A DNA stretch of 64,000 nucleotides from sequence record PQ100635.1. One strand, given 5' to 3'. Every line of letters begins with the position of its first letter. Position 1 is the first letter of the stretch. Below the pieces are notes generated by a model, which saw only the letters and a program-made list of their open reading frames with translations, was not told the origin of the DNA and ran no database searches. Of this stretch, positions 59,090 to 64,000 are shown piece by piece. Position numbers and translations under genes: made by a program. Source of the stretch: Escherichia phage PNJ-9.

Positions 59090-60658
59090 TTAAATTCCTT
59101 TAACGTAGACGCGTCTAAAGTAAGCGTTCTTACCAAGGCTGTTCAGGATAGACGGCATACCGGACTGGATGCGAGCACCTGGAGCCTGCAGGGAACTTTC
59201 AGCAAACGGGTTGACACCGATACCGTAACGAGTTTTAAAGCCCATTACCGGCTGGAAGTTCTTAGGATCGGAACCACGCAGTGGGGTAAGTGCAACGTAA
59301 GGAGCATAGTAAATACCTGCATCCATTTCGTTAGCGCCTTTGTAACCAACGGTGAAGTAATCCTGTTTAGCATACTGGTCGATATATACGCGGTATTTAC
59401 CACCAAGTACACCGGCAAATACAGATTTAGTAGTGTCGGTATTAAAACCAGAAGCCAGACCCTGTGCAGCATAAGAAATACCAGTATCAACTGAAGCCAG
59501 TACGTTAACTACGTTACGGGAAGCGATAATGAAGTTACCTTCACCACGACCGGTTTGACGAGCAATTTCAACTGCTTCTTTATCAATCTGGAACAACAGA
59601 GATTTAAAGCTTTCACCGGCCCAACGAGCACCACGGATATCAATCGGGTCCTGGAAGTCAAATACGCCAGCTTTAGAACCCGGAGTCAGGGTCATACCAG
59701 ATTTACCAACCTGAGCGGAGTAGTTAATCCAGTCAACAACTTCACGGTTGATTTCCAGCATAATTTCAGTAGCAAGAATACCGCTCAGTTCAGCATCAGC
59801 ATCCATACCGTGTACTGCACGGAGGTCTTGTGCCAATTCGATGGAGTAAGCTGCTTTCAGCTGACGAGATTTAGCTTCAATAACTTGTTTGTCGATACGG
59901 AAGCCCATTTCGTTCCACGGGTTGTCGGTAGAACCATTGAAGCCTTCCTGAAGTTCAGCGATAGAAGTGGCCATACCTTCAGCGATTTCTACCAGTGCAC
60001 CAGCTTCCATTTGTTTCTTAATTTCAGCATCTAATTTAGTTGCATCGGTAGCACCAGCATCAATTGTTACTACAGCGGAAGCTTGTAGATACACAGTACC
60101 AGTGTCCTGGAAGAAGTGAGTATAGATATCACCTACAACGGTTTGTGTGCTAGCAGCCAGAGCTGGGAATTTCTTAGCAGCACCCTGACCAGAGAACATC
60201 GCGTCTGGAGCATACATCGGATGGAAAGCTTCTTTAGCGTCAGCAGCGATAGGGTCTTTACCATATACTGCACGGAGAGCAAATACCTGACCGGTAGGGC
60301 TGTTCATAGGCTGAACACCACAAATATCAAAAGCGATCAGATTAGGAATAGCACGACGAACCATACCCATAACTGCCGGCCCAATTTGGGTTACTGCACC
60401 AGAGGTTTGACCTGCTGCGATGTTCTGAGCATTATAACCATGGTCCCCACCAATTTCAGCTTCGGTCAAGAAAGAACCAAATGCCTGAGCGATTTTCTCG
60501 TCTTTATATTCAGGGGATACTTCGAAATCTTTTTCCTGGTTTTCGAAGATTTTAGCGATAATAGCCTGCTTGCTATTAGCGATTTCCGGCAGGCCTTCAC
60601 CTTCCAGCAGTTCTTTCCATTTGTCTACGAGCTGAGCTTTAGTTTTGATAGTAGTCAT
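59090..60658 (-). CDS. 23: major capsid protein gp23
   Basis: 522 aa; near-identical to T4 gp23 as recalled, including N-terminal propeptide region cleaved by gp21. Confidence 0.95.
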   Translation of the reverse strand: MTTIKTKAQLVDKWKELLEGEGLPEIANSKQAIIAKIFENQEKDFEVSPEYKDEKIAQAFGSFLTEAEIGGDHGYNAQNIAAGQTSGAVTQIGPAVMGMVRRAIPNLIAFDICGVQPMNSPTGQVFALRAVYGKDPIAADAKEAFHPMYAPDAMFSGQGAAKKFPALAASTQTVVGDIYTHFFQDTGTVYLQASAVVTIDAGATDATKLDAEIKKQMEAGALVEIAEGMATSIAELQEGFNGSTDNPWNEMGFRIDKQVIEAKSRQLKAAYSIELAQDLRAVHGMDADAELSGILATEIMLEINREVVDWINYSAQVGKSGMTLTPGSKAGVFDFQDPIDIRGARWAGESFKSLLFQIDKEAVEIARQTGRGEGNFIIASRNVVNVLASVDTGISYAAQGLASGFNTDTTKSVFAGVLGGKYRVYIDQYAKQDYFTVGYKGANEMDAGIYYAPYVALTPLRGSDPKNFQPVMGFKTRYGIGVNPFAESSLQAPGARIQSGMPSILNSLGKNAYFRRVYVKGI

Positions 60659-60675
60659 TTGTGTTAACCTTTAAA

Positions 60676-61488
60676 TTAGAAACGAGATGCGACTTTCGCA
60701 TATAAACTTACATTAGAATTCTGTTCTACCTGAGTTGTGGTAGTGTCAACTGCTTCGGCAACAAAATTAAGACCGGCAGCGTCATTGTCAACTGTATTTA
60801 TACTTTCGGTAATAGCGGCTTCTTCTTTAGTAGAACCTTTAACCATTTCTACAATAGCAGTTAACTTAGTACCAAATGCGTCAGAATAATCCATACCTTC
60901 AACCAGGCCAATAACTTTTTCTTTCTGAGATTCAGTCAGGTCTTTTACGCTTTCATTAATAGCGGTTTCACGCTGAACGTAATTGATATATGCATCACGT
61001 TTGGTAACTTCTTCGAACAAACGAGCGGTTTCTTCTTTATGTTCGGCCAGCTCTTCTTCCATTTCTGCTACAACATCTACAGATTCTTCTGGAACAACAA
61101 CGTTATGTTCAACAAACAGTTCTTTCAGACCACCAAGCATGGATTCGAACAAATCAGCTTTAATGCCTTTATCAACTGCGATTTGGTTTTCTGCGAGCCA
61201 TTCTTTTGCAAGATGGTCTAGGAATTTAGAAGCTTGTTCAGCCAATTTTTTATCAGCTTTCTCTTCAGCATCTTCTTTAGCCTTTTCAACTTCTTCTTCG
61301 GCCTTTTCGGCGATGGCTTTGATATGAGATTCAGCCAGTTTGACTGCTTCCTGCTTAACGGTGGCTTCGAATACAGTGCTGAAATTAGCTTTAACGTCCG
61401 GAGACAGTTCTACTGATTCGAAAACACTATTAAGAGCAACTGAAGTCTCGATGTTTTGAGCTTCTTTCAAAAGTTGTTCTTTGATCAT
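60676..61488 (-). CDS. 22: prohead core scaffold protein gp22
   Basis: 270 aa; Glu/Lys-rich helical scaffold, C-terminal YAKVASRF matches T4 gp22. Confidence 0.85.
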   Translation of the reverse strand: MIKEQLLKEAQNIETSVALNSVFESVELSPDVKANFSTVFEATVKQEAVKLAESHIKAIAEKAEEEVEKAKEDAEEKADKKLAEQASKFLDHLAKEWLAENQIAVDKGIKADLFESMLGGLKELFVEHNVVVPEESVDVVAEMEEELAEHKEETARLFEEVTKRDAYINYVQRETAINESVKDLTESQKEKVIGLVEGMDYSDAFGTKLTAIVEMVKGSTKEEAAITESINTVDNDAAGLNFVAEAVDTTTTQVEQNSNVSLYAKVASRF

Positions 61489-61518
61489 TTTAGTGTCCTG
61501 TGGTTTAGATTACATTAT

Positions 61519-61526
61519 TATTTATA
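61519..61526 (-). promoter_or_regulatory. late promoter TATAAATA for gene 22
   Basis: Exact TATAAATA on - strand 31 bp upstream of gene 22 start, overlapping gene 21 stop. Confidence 0.55.
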
Positions 61527-62163
61527 ATGCTTTTAAACTCTCTGCGAGAGCTTTAAATGCTTCATCAGCACTGTTTTTGGTGGTTTCCACCGAATTTTCT
61601 GATTCTGATATTTGTTTAGGAGTAACCCAAGCATCTGGAGCAGAAGGTCCCCATACGGCATCTACGCCGACGGTTAATTTAAATCCTTCGTTCACGATAC
61701 GGTACCCTTTATTGGTGTCGGTTAAAGAACCAAGACCACGAGAGGAAACACCTGGAATCCAACCAGCTCGTATATTAGCAGCTAATTTATCGCCGGGACC
61801 ATGGTCGCCTTCAATAATTCTAGCACGTCCATATACATCGTTTCCTTTCCACCACATATCTTCAATAATGATAGCGGCTTGCATAGGGTCAACATTTGCA
61901 CGAGGTGGATGGTTTAATTCTCCAAGGGCTTGTTTGGTTGCGACTTGTTCTTTAATATAGTCACTTACTGCTTTTTCCAAAACGCGTTTAGGATATAAAC
62001 GTTTATTTCGGTTAACAACCTCTGCCTGAAGAAAAATACCTTCTATATAAAGCCCTGGTTTTAAGCCAGAATCTTTTCCATCATGAGATTCCAACATTGG
62101 AACGCCATCAATAATCTCACCGGGTTGACCCCAAGTTTCAATAAGTAACTCGGGTTTATTCAT
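61522..62163 (-). CDS. 21: prohead core protease gp21
   Basis: 213 aa; near-identical to T4 gp21 as recalled (LNHPPRANVDPMQAAIIIEDMWWKGNDVYGRAR.IEGDHGPGDKLAANIRAGWIPGVSSRGLGS). Confidence 0.9.
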   Translation of the reverse strand: MNKPELLIETWGQPGEIIDGVPMLESHDGKDSGLKPGLYIEGIFLQAEVVNRNKRLYPKRVLEKAVSDYIKEQVATKQALGELNHPPRANVDPMQAAIIIEDMWWKGNDVYGRARIIEGDHGPGDKLAANIRAGWIPGVSSRGLGSLTDTNKGYRIVNEGFKLTVGVDAVWGPSAPDAWVTPKQISESENSVETTKNSADEAFKALAESLKAL

Positions 62164-62588
62164 TAGCTTAATCCTAATGCTTTACGACGTTTAAGAGCCT
62201 TTTTACGCTTACGCAAGCCTTTAACTTGGCCTGAAGGGTTAGCTTTTTTAGCTTTAACGACCTTACGAGCGATTTGTCTACGTTTTGCTTTAGAAAGACC
62301 AGTTGTTTGGAACGCGTTACGTTCACGAGTTTTACGGTCTTTAGTGCGGGTGACTTCACCACGAGAAGAAACATGTTTAACGATAAACTCATTTAACTGT
62401 TCTTCATTAATAATGGAAGCCATTGCAACAGCTAAATCTGTTTCAGTTTCAAGCATGTTCTCGATAATAGTATTTATATCGTCAATATCGAGAGCAGAAG
62501 ACAATGCATCGATTCGGCCCTGTGCTTCAGGAATAAGTGCTTCGACATTTTCGAGTACCAATTCATAAGATTCAGGGATAAGATACAT
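62163..62588 (-). CDS. 68: prohead core protein gp68
   Basis: 141 aa, same length as T4 gp68; basic C-terminus; overlaps gene 21 start. Confidence 0.75.
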   Translation of the reverse strand: MYLIPESYELVLENVEALIPEAQGRIDALSSALDIDDINTIIENMLETETDLAVAMASIINEEQLNEFIVKHVSSRGEVTRTKDRKTRERNAFQTTGLSKAKRRQIARKVVKAKKANPSGQVKGLRKRKKALKRRKALGLS

Positions 62589-62817
62589 TATTCATCGTCC
62601 TCATCATCTTCGTCTTCGTCGTCATCGCCTTCATCAGCGTCGTCTTCCGAAGCTTTCTTTTCTTCTTCAGGTTCTTCGCCTTCAATCAAAAATTGAGAAG
62701 CGATTTCTGCTTTGCGTGCTTCAATCAAACGAACCGTTTTTTCTGCCATTGCACTTTCAAAAAACTTTCGAGTAGCAACGAGGTCGTTTGATTTAATAGC
62801 TTGAATTAAATCGTCCA

Positions 62818-62818
<1 letters not shown>
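62588..62818 (-). CDS. 67: prohead core protein gp67 (acidic C-terminal tail)
   Basis: 76 aa; poly-acidic C-terminus ([18 protein letters not shown]); position between 20 and 68. Confidence 0.7.

Positions 62819-64000
<1,182 letters not shown>

Noticed and set aside
62588-62645. GA-rich simple repeat at 3' end of gene 67
   Set aside because: Encodes the poly-acidic (D/E) C-terminal tail of gp67; low-complexity coding sequence rather than a regulatory repeat

Overview
This window is a contiguous segment of a T4-like (T-even, Tevenvirinae) myovirus genome, collinear with phage T4 but in reverse orientation. All product calls rest on reading the six-frame translations against remembered T4 proteins and motifs; no database search or alignment was run, and coordinates of short motifs were counted by hand. 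Gene order on the + strand (early/middle genes): ndd, 52, motA, asiA, rnh, dsbA, 33, 59, 32, frd, td, nrdA, nrdB, denA, rnlA, alc, spanins, pseT, cd, 31, rIII, 30, alt, 26, 25, uvsY, inh-like, hoc, rnlB. On the - strand (late genes): holin t, 38, long tail fibre 37/36/35/34, baseplate 54/48/29/28/27/51, uvsW, and head genes 24/23/22/21/68/67/20 (20 is cut by the window end). Early genes carry sigma70-type GTTTAC...TATAAT promoters, many flanked by covarying dyads; late genes carry TATAAATA boxes; four MotA-box middle promoters are visible. td and nrdB are uninterrupted (no group I introns). Content I do not place in T4: an AroG-type DAHP synthase, a NADAR-domain protein coupled to a HAD-like hydrolase, a GIY-YIG homing endonuclease between pseT and cd, several small ORF cassettes, a Hoc lacking one Ig domain, and repeat expansions in the gp37 tip. 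No tRNA, rRNA or CRISPR array was seen. I found no single obviously novel multi-gene system; the NADAR/HAD operon and the DAHP synthase are the best candidates for follow-up.
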